A stretch of 64,000 bases of DNA from Thermoplasmata archaeon (GCA_021797355.1 JAJZZX010000001.1:262523-326522), one strand, 5' to 3'; shown: positions 47,705 through 57,901, numbered from the stretch's first letter. A program made the numbers and translations. Notes: generated from the sequence alone by a model not told the origin.

Positions 47705-48883
47705 ATGTTAAAATTTGGATTGGTTGGCAAGCCCAATGTGGGGAAATCCACACTTTTTTCAGCGCTGACAAAGAATCAGGTTGAGATTGCAAATTATCCA
47801 TTTACAACATTGAAACCAAATGTTGGCGTTACATTTGTGCGCATACCGTGCCCTCATATGGAATTGGGAAAAGAATGCAATCCAAGGGAGGGATTTTGTA
47901 AAGGCGGAATAAGGCATGTACCTGTCGAGGTAGTGGACGTACCAGGCCTCATACCGGGAGCAAGCCAGGGAAAGGGAATGGGAAATGAATTCATGGATGG
48001 AGTGAGGGATTCGCAGGCGCTCTGCCATGTGATAGATGGGACCGGCATGACCATGCCGGATGGCACTTTGTCGGAGCAGAGGAGAGACCCGAGAGAAGAT
48101 ATCAGAATAATAGAGAATGAAATAATTACTTGGTTCGCAGATCGCATTTTCAGGGACTGGGACAGATTCTCTAAGAAGGCCGATTCTACGGGAGAACGCA
48201 CAGATAGGTCTCTTGGCAGAAAGTTAGCATCATTCGGCATCTCCGAAAAGGAAGTTGCGCTTATCCTATCTAAGGAGGTGTTTCCTGCTAAACTTGGTCT
48301 GTGGTCTGAATCTGATGCCAGGGATTTTGCGGAGGCTGTTTTTAATCACATAAAGCCAGTTTTCAGGATATTAAACAAGGCAGACAGCATGGATAGCCAG
48401 TCTATTCAGCAGATGCGGGCATCTGTGGAAAGGGTATATTTTATTTCAGCAGAGTACGAACTGGCCCTTGAAAAGGCATTTGAATCACATCTTATCGACA
48501 GTACAGGCGAAGACTTTCATATAAGTGACAAAGCCACGAAGCAGCAAGCTGCGGTTCTGGCCAGAATTAAGGAATTTTTCAGGTCACCTGAAATCACCAG
48601 AATCCTTGACATAACTGGAGAGCTGGTGCAGAAATCCCTTGGATACATTGTTGTCTTTCCGGTGGTGGATGAGAGCAACTGGACAGATAACAACGGGAAC
48701 ATTCTTCCAGACGCTCTATTGATGCCGTCTGGCTCTACAGCTCATGATCTGGCATTCAGGATACACACAGATATAGGTGAAGGATTCATACGTGCGGTTG
48801 ACTGCAGGACGAGGAGAGTTATTGGCAAAGACCACATACTGCAGAATTCGGACGTAATAAGGATAATAGCCAAGACCAAATAG
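47705..48883 (+). CDS. ychF: Obg-family GTPase YchF/OLA1-like (with C-terminal TGS domain)
   Basis: P-loop GLVGKPNVGKST plus NYPFTT and DVPGLI. Confidence 0.75.
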   Translation: MLKFGLVGKPNVGKSTLFSALTKNQVEIANYPFTTLKPNVGVTFVRIPCPHMELGKECNPREGFCKGGIRHVPVEVVDVPGLIPGASQGKGMGNEFMDGVRDSQALCHVIDGTGMTMPDGTLSEQRRDPREDIRIIENEIITWFADRIFRDWDRFSKKADSTGERTDRSLGRKLASFGISEKEVALILSKEVFPAKLGLWSESDARDFAEAVFNHIKPVFRILNKADSMDSQSIQQMRASVERVYFISAEYELALEKAFESHLIDSTGEDFHISDKATKQQAAVLARIKEFFRSPEITRILDITGELVQKSLGYIVVFPVVDESNWTDNNGNILPDALLMPSGSTAHDLAFRIHTDIGEGFIRAVDCRTRRVIGKDHILQNSDVIRIIAKTK

Positions 48884-48984
48884 CGGCAGGGCAACTTTTG
48901 GATGAATTCCAGCAAAGCCGTTAAATATAATTTAGCATATCCCATGCCTGCTCGATTAAGATAAACACTATTACGGGTGATATA

Positions 48985-49413
48985 TTGGCAAACGGAGAAA
49001 ACGCTGGCGGAAAATTAAAATTCGTGAGAAAGAAGTTCAGATGGTCTGATAGCAAATATAAGAGGCGTGTCCTTCAGCTGAAGAAGAAAAGCGATCCTCT
49101 GGAGGGTGCCCCCTCCGCTAAGGGTATAGTTATTGAAAAGATAGGTATTGAGGCAAAACAGCCAAATTCTGCTATCAGGAAATGTGTCAAGCTCCAGCTC
49201 ATAAAAAACGGAAGGCAGATTACAGCATTCGCTCCAGGTGATGGTGCCATAAACTATATTGATGAGCACGACGAGGTAACTGTAGAGGGCATAAGGGGAA
49301 GGCAGGGAAGGAGCAAGGGGGATATTCCTGGAGTAAGATATAAGGTAGCCAAGGTCAACGGTATATCACTGAAAGAACTTGTCAAGGGAAGAAAGGAGAA
49401 GACGGTGAGATAA
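48985..49413 (+). CDS. rps12: ribosomal protein S12 (uS12)
   Basis: ...[12 protein letters not shown]...[29 protein letters not shown]... Start is TTG at 48985, which preserves the conserved MANG N-terminus. Confidence 0.9.
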   Translation: MANGENAGGKLKFVRKKFRWSDSKYKRRVLQLKKKSDPLEGAPSAKGIVIEKIGIEAKQPNSAIRKCVKLQLIKNGRQITAFAPGDGAINYIDEHDEVTVEGIRGRQGRSKGDIPGVRYKVAKVNGISLKELVKGRKEKTVR

Positions 49414-49979
49414 TGGTAGATCTGAAATTACTCGGTGAATATCCAATCGGAGAGGTCCAGGTTCATGATGAGGGCCTCTCCAAATACATAAACCTGACAA
49501 GCAACATAAACCTCCACAGTGGCGGGAGATTTTCAAGCTATTCAGCCGGTAAGAGGAATGTCAACACCGTGGAAAGGCTTCTGAACAAGCTGATGAGGTC
49601 TGAGAAGTGGACTGGGAAGAAGTACAGTGCCTACCGCGTCATGAAGGAAGCCTTTGAACTGATAGCAGAAAAGACAAAGCAGAACCCGGTCCAGGTTCTA
49701 GTTAATGCCATTGAGAACGCTGCACCAAGGGAGGAGGTCACAAGACTCAAATATGGGGGCATAGCTGTTCCAAAGGCCGTTGATGTATCACCATCAAGAA
49801 GGGTTGATGTCGCTCTGAGGAACATCGCAATAGGTGCAACTAATGCCTCGTTCAAAAGCAAGAAGCCCATTGCGAACTGCCTGGCAGATGAAATAATGAA
49901 CGCTGCCAAGAATGATGCCACATCTTTCGCAGTAAACAGGAAAGAGGAAATAGAGAGGATTGCTGCCTCAGCAAGATAA
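49413..49979 (+). CDS. rps7: ribosomal protein S7 (uS7)
   Basis: ...[30 protein letters not shown]. The TAATG junction is shared with rps12. Confidence 0.9.
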   Translation: MVDLKLLGEYPIGEVQVHDEGLSKYINLTSNINLHSGGRFSSYSAGKRNVNTVERLLNKLMRSEKWTGKKYSAYRVMKEAFELIAEKTKQNPVQVLVNAIENAAPREEVTRLKYGGIAVPKAVDVSPSRRVDVALRNIAIGATNASFKSKKPIANCLADEIMNAAKNDATSFAVNRKEEIERIAASAR

Positions 49980-50208
49980 TCTCCTCATATTTGAAATAAG
50001 TCTTCTCATCAAATCACTTCAGTTAATTTCATCAGCATTCTTTTGCTGTCTGCCTGTTGCCCAGCACTTAGTGTCAGCATCAATCATGCTCTTCAAATTC
50101 CATAAGTCCCAGTCAGAAATGGTTTCAACCTTCTCTGTTAATTAATTTTTTCCATCATAGTTAAGCGTCACAGTTATTATGCTGTGCTCCTATTGATATC
50201 AGATAGGG

Positions 50209-50709
50209 ATGGCAGATGCAATAGAGATTTTGATGATGGAACACCAGTCCATAAGACACATCAGCAAATACCTAAAACAGGATTCTTTGCCAGGTTTCTC
50301 CGAATTCCACGAATACCTGAGGTCAGTTCACATAGAAATCGAGGAGAAAATTGTGTTTCCAGTCATTTACGAGAACATTCCCGATACTAGGATTGATGTG
50401 AGAAGGCAAATTGATCAGATCAAGTCTGACCACAAACTTATTCAGACGCTGGCTGGAAACATTGTAAAATGGATGGAGGGTCAGAATACCGATCTTGTTT
50501 CCGAAAGATTTCCCTTGTACTTCAGGCTTCTCAAGGAGCACAACCTGAATGAGGATCGCCTTGTTTTCCCATGGTGGAAAAACATTGACGGCGAAGCATT
50601 AAGAACCGCAAGAAAGGAGATCGCTGGAATAATAGATGCCTTCGGGAGAGAGAGGTACCTCAATATTCTGGAAATCTCACCCGAGCAGTTTGATTACATC
50701 ATCTCGTAG
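50209..50709 (+). CDS. hemerythrin-like (HHE cation-binding) domain protein
   Basis: Spaced His/Glu ligand-like motifs: MMEHQSIRH, HIEIEEKIVFP, DHKLI and EHNLNEDRLVFP. Confidence 0.6.
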   Translation: MADAIEILMMEHQSIRHISKYLKQDSLPGFSEFHEYLRSVHIEIEEKIVFPVIYENIPDTRIDVRRQIDQIKSDHKLIQTLAGNIVKWMEGQNTDLVSERFPLYFRLLKEHNLNEDRLVFPWWKNIDGEALRTARKEIAGIIDAFGRERYLNILEISPEQFDYIIS

Positions 50710-50714
50710 TTTCC

Positions 50715-50999
50715 TCAATCTGACTCCTCCCCTCCAACGTCAATGTATCTTGAGAACAGGTAGTTAATCTCCTCAAGCTTATCATAGAGTTCTGCGCCGA
50801 ACGTTGATAAGATGAGAGATCCATCATCGCCATATTCAGCGATGTTCATGCTGACTAGGTAGTCAGATATGGACTCCCGTGAACTTCCAGTCTTAGCTGA
50901 TATGTCGGCCCAGTTAATTTTCCCGTTCTTTCCAAGTTCATAAACTGCCCTAAGTATCCCTGGCTTCCAGTCAAGCCACTCAAGATAATCCTTCTCCAT
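50715..50999 (-). CDS. small winged-helix DNA-binding protein (putative transcription regulator)
   Basis: 94 aa with ...INWADISAKTGSSRESISDYLVSMNIAEY... typical of wHTH. The ATG is at 50999. Confidence 0.45.
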   Translation of the reverse strand: MEKDYLEWLDWKPGILRAVYELGKNGKINWADISAKTGSSRESISDYLVSMNIAEYGDDGSLILSTFGAELYDKLEEINYLFSRYIDVGGEESD

Positions 51000-51070
51000 C
51001 ACATCACCATAATGTTATTGGATGCAAGTACAACTATGGTTTTCCTAACCTGTTAGGCAACCAAGAATTA

Positions 51071-51084
51071 GCTTTATATAAAGG
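51071..51084 (+). promoter_or_regulatory. TATA-box-like element upstream of hemerythrin paralog
   Basis: GCTTTATATAAAGG lies 15-28 nt upstream of ATG 51099, consistent with an archaeal leaderless transcript. Confidence 0.3.
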
Positions 51085-51098
51085 CATCATGACCTATA

Positions 51099-51632
51099 AT
51101 GAGCCTTCGGGATACCCTATCATTCAAGGGTTCGGATGCAACACAGTTGCTTCGTGACCAGCATACAGTGACGGTTGAAATATCAGAGGCATTTCTCGCA
51201 AATAACATTGAAATAAATCAGATTCTGAGTCACGTGGATTACACAATAAACGTTCACTTCAGGCTGGAGGATGAAATACTGTTTCCGGCCCTGAGCCCAT
51301 ATTTGCAGCAGTATCTTGAGTTTCTAGAGCCAATCAGGATAATTACAGGGGAGCACATTTCAATCAGATCATTGTACACTTCCCTGAACAGGGCGAGATC
51401 ATTTGAAGCCGAGGACCCGGTTGCAACACGGGAGGAGCGCTATGCTGGAGCCGAGAAACTCGCAAGAATAATGCTGCAGCATATTTTCAAGGAGGAAAAC
51501 GGCATTTTTCCAATGGCTGACAAATACATCCCGGATATGGAAAGAAAAAGGATTCAGAGCAGCATGGATGAAATGCTGGCCAACTTCAGGGCCAGATATG
51601 AGTCGGAACACAGGGACAGCAAGCAGCCATAA
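51099..51632 (+). CDS. hemerythrin-like (HHE cation-binding) domain protein, paralog
   Basis: Contains RDQHTV, HFRLEDEILFPAL, EHISIRSL and QHIFKEENGIFPM. A TATA-like GCTTTATATAAAGG lies about 20 nt upstream. Confidence 0.55.
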   Translation: MSLRDTLSFKGSDATQLLRDQHTVTVEISEAFLANNIEINQILSHVDYTINVHFRLEDEILFPALSPYLQQYLEFLEPIRIITGEHISIRSLYTSLNRARSFEAEDPVATREERYAGAEKLARIMLQHIFKEENGIFPMADKYIPDMERKRIQSSMDEMLANFRARYESEHRDSKQP

Positions 51633-51638
51633 CTCACC

Positions 51639-52199
51639 CTAAAAGAAGATCATTTCATCATGGTTAAAGACGGAGGCAAACTCTCCGTTAAGGGATGCAA
51701 GATTTATCCGGTGTACATCTTCTGCCGGAACAGTCTCCCCATTCTGGTCTTTCCTGTCGTATGCAACGCAGGCATCGGATATTACACCGGTCCTGAAGCC
51801 AAGGTTCGCTGACATCCTTGCCGAAGTGCTCACACAATGATCCGTTGTTATTCCGCAGAACAGTACGGTTCCGATGGCTTCATTCTGAAGCCTTTCCCGC
51901 AGGTCCGTACCAATGAAGGCGCTGTTTACATGCTTGACAATAACTGGCTCATCTCCCATTGGCTTCACCTCATGCTTGATCTCAAATCCTGGCTTACCCT
52001 TCCGCAGAAGTGATTTTTCATTCATGGAATCGTGCACAACATGATATATGTGCAGTCCCCTTTTCCTGAAATCCGCCAGGATTTCAGACATAACTCTCTC
52101 AGCGCCGGGATTGTTTCTCCTTCCCCACATGGGATCATCCCACGCCTTCTGAACATCTATAAGCACAAGGGCCGAATTTCCCGTTATCTGCATTTCCAT
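51639..52199 (-). CDS. isochorismatase-family cysteine hydrolase
   Basis: ALVLIDVQKAW... and VLFCGITTDHCVSTSAR (catalytic Cys). Confidence 0.75.
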   Translation of the reverse strand: MEMQITGNSALVLIDVQKAWDDPMWGRRNNPGAERVMSEILADFRKRGLHIYHVVHDSMNEKSLLRKGKPGFEIKHEVKPMGDEPVIVKHVNSAFIGTDLRERLQNEAIGTVLFCGITTDHCVSTSARMSANLGFRTGVISDACVAYDRKDQNGETVPAEDVHRINLASLNGEFASVFNHDEMIFF

Positions 52200-52284
52200 G
52201 GGGATATATTTTAAGGAAACTCATAACGCTTTCATTTGCCTTACATACTGAATAAGGATTTTAGCTTCAATACCATAATGGTTT

Positions 52285-53217
52285 ATGGATAGAAAGGAAC
52301 TTCTTACGTCACCCGTTAGGGATATTAAGATAACAGGCTCCACAACGCTTAAGGAACTTATGGATCAGTTCGGGGCTTCAGGCGGATTTACGTCAGCGAA
52401 GATATACACTGCCTACACAATCCTGAGGAAGATGTTTACGCAGGAAAATACAACTTTTCTCTCATTTCCTGCAGATATAATATCTACGGGAACCAGGGGG
52501 ATAATAAATGATCTTGTGAAAAAGAAGCTTGTGGACGTAATCATTACGACCAATGGAACCCTAGATCATGATATAGCAAGGACGTTCATGAAGTACTACA
52601 GCGGCTCGTTCGACTACAGTGACAGGGAACTGAGGAATCTGGGCATTAACCGTCTTGGGAATGTATTCGTTCCAGACGAGAGTTATGGTGAGATAATTGA
52701 GGGCAAGGTGCAGCCCGTGCTCGAAGAACTGTACAAGATAAAGAAGGAATGGGGAGGTTCAGAGATAATACGCGAATTCGGGCTTAGAATCAACGATCCG
52801 GATTCCATAATATCCAGCGCGGCAAGGAACAACATACCAGTATATGTGCCCGGCATGACTGACGGATCATTTGGTTCACAGCTTTGGTCATTCTACGAGC
52901 GCCACCATGATTTCAAGATCAACCTGCTGCAGGATGAACACGAGCTGTCAGACATCATATTCGACGCAAAAAAGACGGGCGCGCTTATGCTGGGTGGCGG
53001 CATATCGAAGCACCATACAATTTGGTGGAACCAGTTCAGGGGAGGATTGGATTACGCAGTATACGTTACGACAGCGCAGGAATATGATGGATCACTGTCA
53101 GGTGCAAAACTTGAGGAAGCAATCTCATGGAAGAAGATAAGGGAAGATGCTGAGTTCGTAAATGTTTACGGTGACATTACAGCAATACTTCCTCTAATAC
53201 TGGGGCCGCTTCTTTAG
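52285..53217 (+). CDS. dys: deoxyhypusine synthase
   Basis: About 310 aa with DHS-family pattern blocks FGASGGFTS..., TTNGTLDHD and the C-terminal ...GGGISKHH..; archaeal size. Confidence 0.7.
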   Translation: MDRKELLTSPVRDIKITGSTTLKELMDQFGASGGFTSAKIYTAYTILRKMFTQENTTFLSFPADIISTGTRGIINDLVKKKLVDVIITTNGTLDHDIARTFMKYYSGSFDYSDRELRNLGINRLGNVFVPDESYGEIIEGKVQPVLEELYKIKKEWGGSEIIREFGLRINDPDSIISSAARNNIPVYVPGMTDGSFGSQLWSFYERHHDFKINLLQDEHELSDIIFDAKKTGALMLGGGISKHHTIWWNQFRGGLDYAVYVTTAQEYDGSLSGAKLEEAISWKKIREDAEFVNVYGDITAILPLILGPLL

Positions 53218-53501
53218 ATATATTTAAGCCATTCCATTACTGGATCATCATCGCCTTCCAGTTCAGTGTTTGTTTCGCCGAAGGCACTGCGCGTTGTGAA
53301 ACGATAAAAGTAAATTCTTCCATTTCTTTCGTGCCCAAACATTATGTGCTCCACAGATTTTCCTTCCGGAAGGTGCCCCATGGCCTCGGGAAATTCAGGA
53401 GAGAAGTGAAGCTCAAATTCCTCACCTTCACCTTCGATCCAGTACGAGTTGTTGCCACTCACATATTCCCTTAATTTCCTGGCATCGATTGAAGGACCCA
53501 T
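53214..53501 (-). CDS. hypothetical small acidic protein
   Basis: 95 aa with an ATG start, in a tight 4-nt overlap with the dys 3' end. No motif was recognised. Confidence 0.3.
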   Translation of the reverse strand: MGPSIDARKLREYVSGNNSYWIEGEGEEFELHFSPEFPEAMGHLPEGKSVEHIMFGHERNGRIYFYRFTTRSAFGETNTELEGDDDPVMEWLKYI

Positions 53502-53557
53502 GCCTCAACATTTTAACGGGCTATATAGGTTTTTTAGTTGCATGGATATTCACATGC

Positions 53558-54466
53558 ATGCACTATATCACCGAAGAAGATGTTAGGGAAAATCTTGGCA
53601 TGAACGAGACCATAGCCGCCATGAAGGAGGCATTCATGGAATATTCCACCGGAAAAGCAGACACCAGGCCGCGGGAGCGCATAATACTTGATGGTATCGT
53701 ATACAATACAATGCCTGCCATACTGCCCCGATATGGCCTGGCGGGACTCAAAACTTACATAGCGTCCAGAAACGGTGCCAGATTTGTGGTTGTACTGTTC
53801 GATACGAGGAACATGGACCTTATTGCAGTCATGGAAGCCAACAGGCTTGGACAGGTAAGGACGGGTGCCCTTCCTGCAATGGTAACTTCACTCATCGTGA
53901 AGGAGAAGGATATTCCCGTATGCATAATAGGATCAGGATTCCAGGCGGAAACACAGCTCGAAGGGCTTCTTGCAGTGTATGACCCATCTCAAATCAGGGT
54001 TTATTCCAGAAATTACAGGAATGCCGTTGCTTTTGCCCAAAGAATGTCTTCCAGGACTGGCAGGAAAATAATGGCCTTTGAAAAGGTGAGGGATGCTACC
54101 ATGGGTGCACGTGTCATAAACACAATAACTGATTCCAATGACCCAATATTTGGGAGGGAAGATCTCTCTGCTGCATATCATGTTAATTTATGCGGCGGAA
54201 ATATACCAAACAGGCACGAAGTAGACAACAGCGTCCTGTCAGGTTCACAGAATGTCATAGTGGAGAATCTTGAGCAGGCATTGAAGGAGTCAGGGGAAAT
54301 AATAGATTTCATGAGAGAAAATCCCGGCAGGAAGATCGTGGAACTCAGGGATTTCATCCGGAACCCGGAAATGGGCGAGAGAACGGTGTTCAAATCAATG
54401 GGGATTGGCCTTGAGGATGTTGCTGCAGCCCATGTAGTTCTAAAAAATATGGGAATTACTAAGTGA
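53558..54466 (+). CDS. ornithine cyclodeaminase / mu-crystallin family protein (archaeal alanine dehydrogenase-like)
   Basis: OCD/mu-crystallin fold with a GSGFQAE Rossmann segment. The ATG is at 53558; the track start at 53489 is TTG. A TATA-like CTATATAGG lies about 30 nt upstream. Confidence 0.75.
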   Translation: MHYITEEDVRENLGMNETIAAMKEAFMEYSTGKADTRPRERIILDGIVYNTMPAILPRYGLAGLKTYIASRNGARFVVVLFDTRNMDLIAVMEANRLGQVRTGALPAMVTSLIVKEKDIPVCIIGSGFQAETQLEGLLAVYDPSQIRVYSRNYRNAVAFAQRMSSRTGRKIMAFEKVRDATMGARVINTITDSNDPIFGREDLSAAYHVNLCGGNIPNRHEVDNSVLSGSQNVIVENLEQALKESGEIIDFMRENPGRKIVELRDFIRNPEMGERTVFKSMGIGLEDVAAAHVVLKNMGITK

Positions 54467-55396
54467 TCAGTGCCCGAGAAGATCCTCCAGGGCATCTCTC
54501 AGTTTCACGAACTTGAACCTGTATCCCAATTCCAGGGCCCGTGCTGGAACAACTTTTTTCCCCTTTGCGAGAACGTTTGAAACCTCCCCCATCATGAGCC
54601 TTATCACCGTAAGTGGAATTTTAACCCTCGACTGCTTGTGCATCACTTCACCCAGGGTATGTGCAAAATCCTCCATTCTTGGCACTTCAGGGGAACCAGC
54701 GTTAATGGGGCCGGAAACAGTGTCGTTCTCCATGGCGAACATTACCAGGCCCACCTCATCCTCAATGTGTATCCATGGGAACCATTGGTTTCCAGGGCTA
54801 ATGGGCCCACCGATGCCTTTCCTGAACACAGAGACAAGCTGGGGAAGCGCTCCAGATTCCCTGTCCAGTACAACAGTGGTCCTTATGTTAACAACACGCG
54901 TCCCAAAATTCTCAGCCCTGTTCGCTTCACCTTCCCATGCCGAAACAAGATCGCCCCAGAAATCCTTTCCAGGAGGTGAGGATTCAGTCACGTCACTGTC
55001 ATCAAAGCTGTCGTATCCGTATATGCCGGCTGCTGATCCGTTTATAAGGATAGAAGGCTTCTGCTCAAGCTTGGATATGGCATCTACAATCTGCCTGGTG
55101 GCCTCTACGCGAGAATTCCAAATCTCCTTCCTGTAGTCGCCTTTCCATTTCCTGAATATTGGAGCACCGGAGAAGTTTATCACTGCACCCGTGCCCGCCA
55201 GAGAAGGCTTCCATCCTTCATTGGCATAGTGCCAGAGGACATGATCGCTGATTTCAGGGAACAAATTCCTGCTCTTGCTTAAGTCCCGAGCAAAAATCCT
55301 GATCCTGTATCCTTCGCTATGAAGCATTCTCACTATATTCTGGCCCATGAGGCCTGTTGCCCCGAAAACGGATACAACTGAACTATCATTCTCCAT
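54467..55396 (-). CDS. NAD-dependent epimerase/dehydratase family protein (SDR, YfcH/DUF1731-like)
   Basis: VSVFGATGLMGQNIVRMLHSEGY is the extended-SDR Rossmann motif; the C-terminal domain is YfcH-like. Confidence 0.7.
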   Translation of the reverse strand: MENDSSVVSVFGATGLMGQNIVRMLHSEGYRIRIFARDLSKSRNLFPEISDHVLWHYANEGWKPSLAGTGAVINFSGAPIFRKWKGDYRKEIWNSRVEATRQIVDAISKLEQKPSILINGSAAGIYGYDSFDDSDVTESSPPGKDFWGDLVSAWEGEANRAENFGTRVVNIRTTVVLDRESGALPQLVSVFRKGIGGPISPGNQWFPWIHIEDEVGLVMFAMENDTVSGPINAGSPEVPRMEDFAHTLGEVMHKQSRVKIPLTVIRLMMGEVSNVLAKGKKVVPARALELGYRFKFVKLRDALEDLLGH

Positions 55397-55458
55397 AGCA
55401 TGTAATTAAAAGTTACAATATAAAGGGATATAAAGAAAATTCTGCAACATCGATCATG

Positions 55459-55827
55459 TCAATCACCGAGAATCTCCCTTGCGGCCTTTACCGGCACCAC
55501 ACAGATTATCTTCAGGTCCTCTGTGGCAGTCATGCCATGATGGACATTGGGTGGTATGAATATAAAATCCCCAGCTGATGCTTCTTCCGTGGCGTCTCCG
55601 ATCTTGACGTTACAGGACCCTGACACAACGAATATTTCATGCTCGTAATCATGGGAGTGGTGAGGCGTTGATTTCCCTTTCTCAACCTCAATAAGCCTCA
55701 TGGAAAACGTTGGAGCACCATCCTTATGGGTAATTAACCATCTAATCCTTGCTCCGCCTGGCATGGTCAGCGCCATAACTTCTTTTGAATTTCTCACAAA
55801 ACCAAGTTTCTGGTTATCCATGGCCAT
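55459..55827 (-). CDS. cupin-domain protein
   Basis: ..TPHHSHDYEHEIFVVSG...GDFIFIPPNVHHG matches the two cupin motifs. Confidence 0.7.
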   Translation of the reverse strand: MAMDNQKLGFVRNSKEVMALTMPGGARIRWLITHKDGAPTFSMRLIEVEKGKSTPHHSHDYEHEIFVVSGSCNVKIGDATEEASAGDFIFIPPNVHHGMTATEDLKIICVVPVKAAREILGD

Positions 55828-55865
55828 ATATGCAGAAAAATGGTATAACCCTTTTCAGGGCCAAA

Positions 55866-57896
55866 TTAGTGAAACTTCTTTGCGGATAGAAGGTATTCTG
55901 GGTTTATTGGAGTCTCCCTTATCCTGAGTCCGGTGGCCACCTCGATTGCCCTTGCCAGAGCTACTGGAGTGCCAATGGTTGGCGCTTCTCCAAGGCCCTT
56001 TGCCCTTGATGGCAGAGAAGATTCGCTTTTATGGAGAAGCAGCTTGTACCGGGGCACAAGGTCAGCTGTGACCACGCCGGCATCTGCTATTGAGGATGTC
56101 ATCATCTGCCCGTTTTCATCAAACATGAGGCCCTCGTATAATGTCTGGCCTATTCCCTCCGCGCATCCTCCGGCATTCTGACCGATGACATTGTCCATAT
56201 TGAGGACCTTGCCAAGGTCGTAATAGGAGATGCATTCCCTGACATGTATGACGCCGAGATCATCCTGATGTACAGTGATAAGGTTAGCTCCAAGGTTATT
56301 GTAGGGCTTGTCGTAATGGAAGAATTCATAGCTATCCCATTTTCCTTCCAGAAGCTTCTGGGGACTGTACTTTCCGTACTTATTCTCCACTTCCTTCCTG
56401 AGCTTCCTGGCTGCTTCAACAAGAGCTGAACCTCCCATCATGGCAGACCTGCTGCCCCAGGCACCAACGCCATCTTCAAGCTGGTCAGTATCCCCCTTCT
56501 GCCATTCCACCACTGATGGGTCAATTCCAAGCTCATCAGAAAGTATGCTTCTGACAAATAGATCATGCCGCTGGCCATGTGCATTCCCCCCAAGCCATAC
56601 CTTGACAGTTCCACCATCAACAAGAATCCTCGCAGTCTCCCCAGGCATGGTTGCAGGCACGAGGACAAACCATCCAAAACCTGTGTTACCCTTTCTCACG
56701 TGGTCATGGTATCCCATTGCCTTGACTGCACTCTCAAGAAATGGCTTTGAGGCTTCTACTGTGAGACCGGTTGGGCTCACATACGGAGCAGTAGTTGCAT
56801 TTTTTAGCCTGATCTCCACTGGGTCCATTTCCAGTTCATCCGCCAGCCTGTCAACCATCCTCTCAATGAAGAAGGCAGCTTCTGGCCTGCCTGCCCCCCT
56901 GTATGGTCCCTGAGGAACCTTGTTAGTCAGGACAGACATTGCGTGGATGTATGCATTCTTAATTTCATAAGGGCCAGTCAGCTGCATCGCAATAAATCTG
57001 GCAGAAAATTCACCTGATCCGCCTGCGAAGGCTCCGCTATCAACTATGACATCCCCCTTAATCCCCAGAATCTTGCCGGTCCTGTCAGCATAAAGCTTCA
57101 TCTTGCCTACTACACCTCTTCCCGGGCGGCTTGCAAGAAGATGCTCCCTCCTGGTCTCTATCCATTTAACCGGGCGTTTCTCCCTCATTGCAAGGTAGGC
57201 GGCAACTATGTATTCTGGATAAATTCCACCCTTCAGACCAAAGGCTCCCCCAGTGTCAGTCTGTATAACCCTGACCGATTCTGGTTCCAGGTGCATTATC
57301 TCGCAAAAACCCTCCTTAAGGCTGTGCACACTTTGTGTGCTTACCCAGACAGTGAGCCTGTTTCCGTCGTAGGCAGCTACAATGCCACGAGGCTCTATTG
57401 GATCGGTGGCTATCCTGTGGTTAACAAATCGATCCTCTATTATAACGGGGGCATCCTTGATCTCAAAATCAGCCCCCAGGTATTTGTCAGCGAGAAGATT
57501 TGACTTCAGCCCAGGATACATGGGCTCTGCAGTCAGCGACATCTCCGGATCAACAATGGCTTTTAGCGGCTCGTAGTCAACCTCCACGGATGTTTCAGCA
57601 AGATCCTCCGCCTCATAGGGACTGTCTGCATACACTGCAGCAACAGGCTGCCCAACGTAACCGACATAGTCTTTTGCGAGAACGGGGTGCTCCAGGTACT
57701 CAAAACCCTTTGTGGCACCCTCCCCAACTGAAGCCATCTTGAGGTCCACGTCTTTCCAGGTTATTCCTCCCTTTATCCTCAATATCTTCGCCCTGGCATA
57801 GGGGCTCCTCACAAAAGACAGGTGAAGCATTCCAGGCATATTTATGTCGTCCACAAAATTCCCCTTTCCGGATACCAATTTTTCTGTTAGGTCCAT
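55866..57896 (-). CDS. xanthine dehydrogenase-family molybdopterin-binding large subunit (aldehyde oxidoreductase/CoxL-like)
   Basis: About 676 aa with the aldehyde oxidase/XDH a/b hammerhead and MoCo-binding domains (..GGAFGLKGG.., ..AGRPE..). Confidence 0.85.
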   Translation of the reverse strand: MDLTEKLVSGKGNFVDDINMPGMLHLSFVRSPYARAKILRIKGGITWKDVDLKMASVGEGATKGFEYLEHPVLAKDYVGYVGQPVAAVYADSPYEAEDLAETSVEVDYEPLKAIVDPEMSLTAEPMYPGLKSNLLADKYLGADFEIKDAPVIIEDRFVNHRIATDPIEPRGIVAAYDGNRLTVWVSTQSVHSLKEGFCEIMHLEPESVRVIQTDTGGAFGLKGGIYPEYIVAAYLAMREKRPVKWIETRREHLLASRPGRGVVGKMKLYADRTGKILGIKGDVIVDSGAFAGGSGEFSARFIAMQLTGPYEIKNAYIHAMSVLTNKVPQGPYRGAGRPEAAFFIERMVDRLADELEMDPVEIRLKNATTAPYVSPTGLTVEASKPFLESAVKAMGYHDHVRKGNTGFGWFVLVPATMPGETARILVDGGTVKVWLGGNAHGQRHDLFVRSILSDELGIDPSVVEWQKGDTDQLEDGVGAWGSRSAMMGGSALVEAARKLRKEVENKYGKYSPQKLLEGKWDSYEFFHYDKPYNNLGANLITVHQDDLGVIHVRECISYYDLGKVLNMDNVIGQNAGGCAEGIGQTLYEGLMFDENGQMMTSSIADAGVVTADLVPRYKLLLHKSESSLPSRAKGLGEAPTIGTPVALARAIEVATGLRIRETPINPEYLLSAKKFH

Positions 57897-57901
57897 CTAT
57901 A

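Noticed and set aside
54513-55136. 207-aa plus-strand ORF, and the 113-aa ORF at 54638-54979
   Set aside because: They are antisense shadows of the SDR epimerase-family gene.
56440-56913. 157-aa plus-strand ORF, and other small plus-strand ORFs at 55933-57742
   Set aside because: They are antisense to the molybdoenzyme large subunit.
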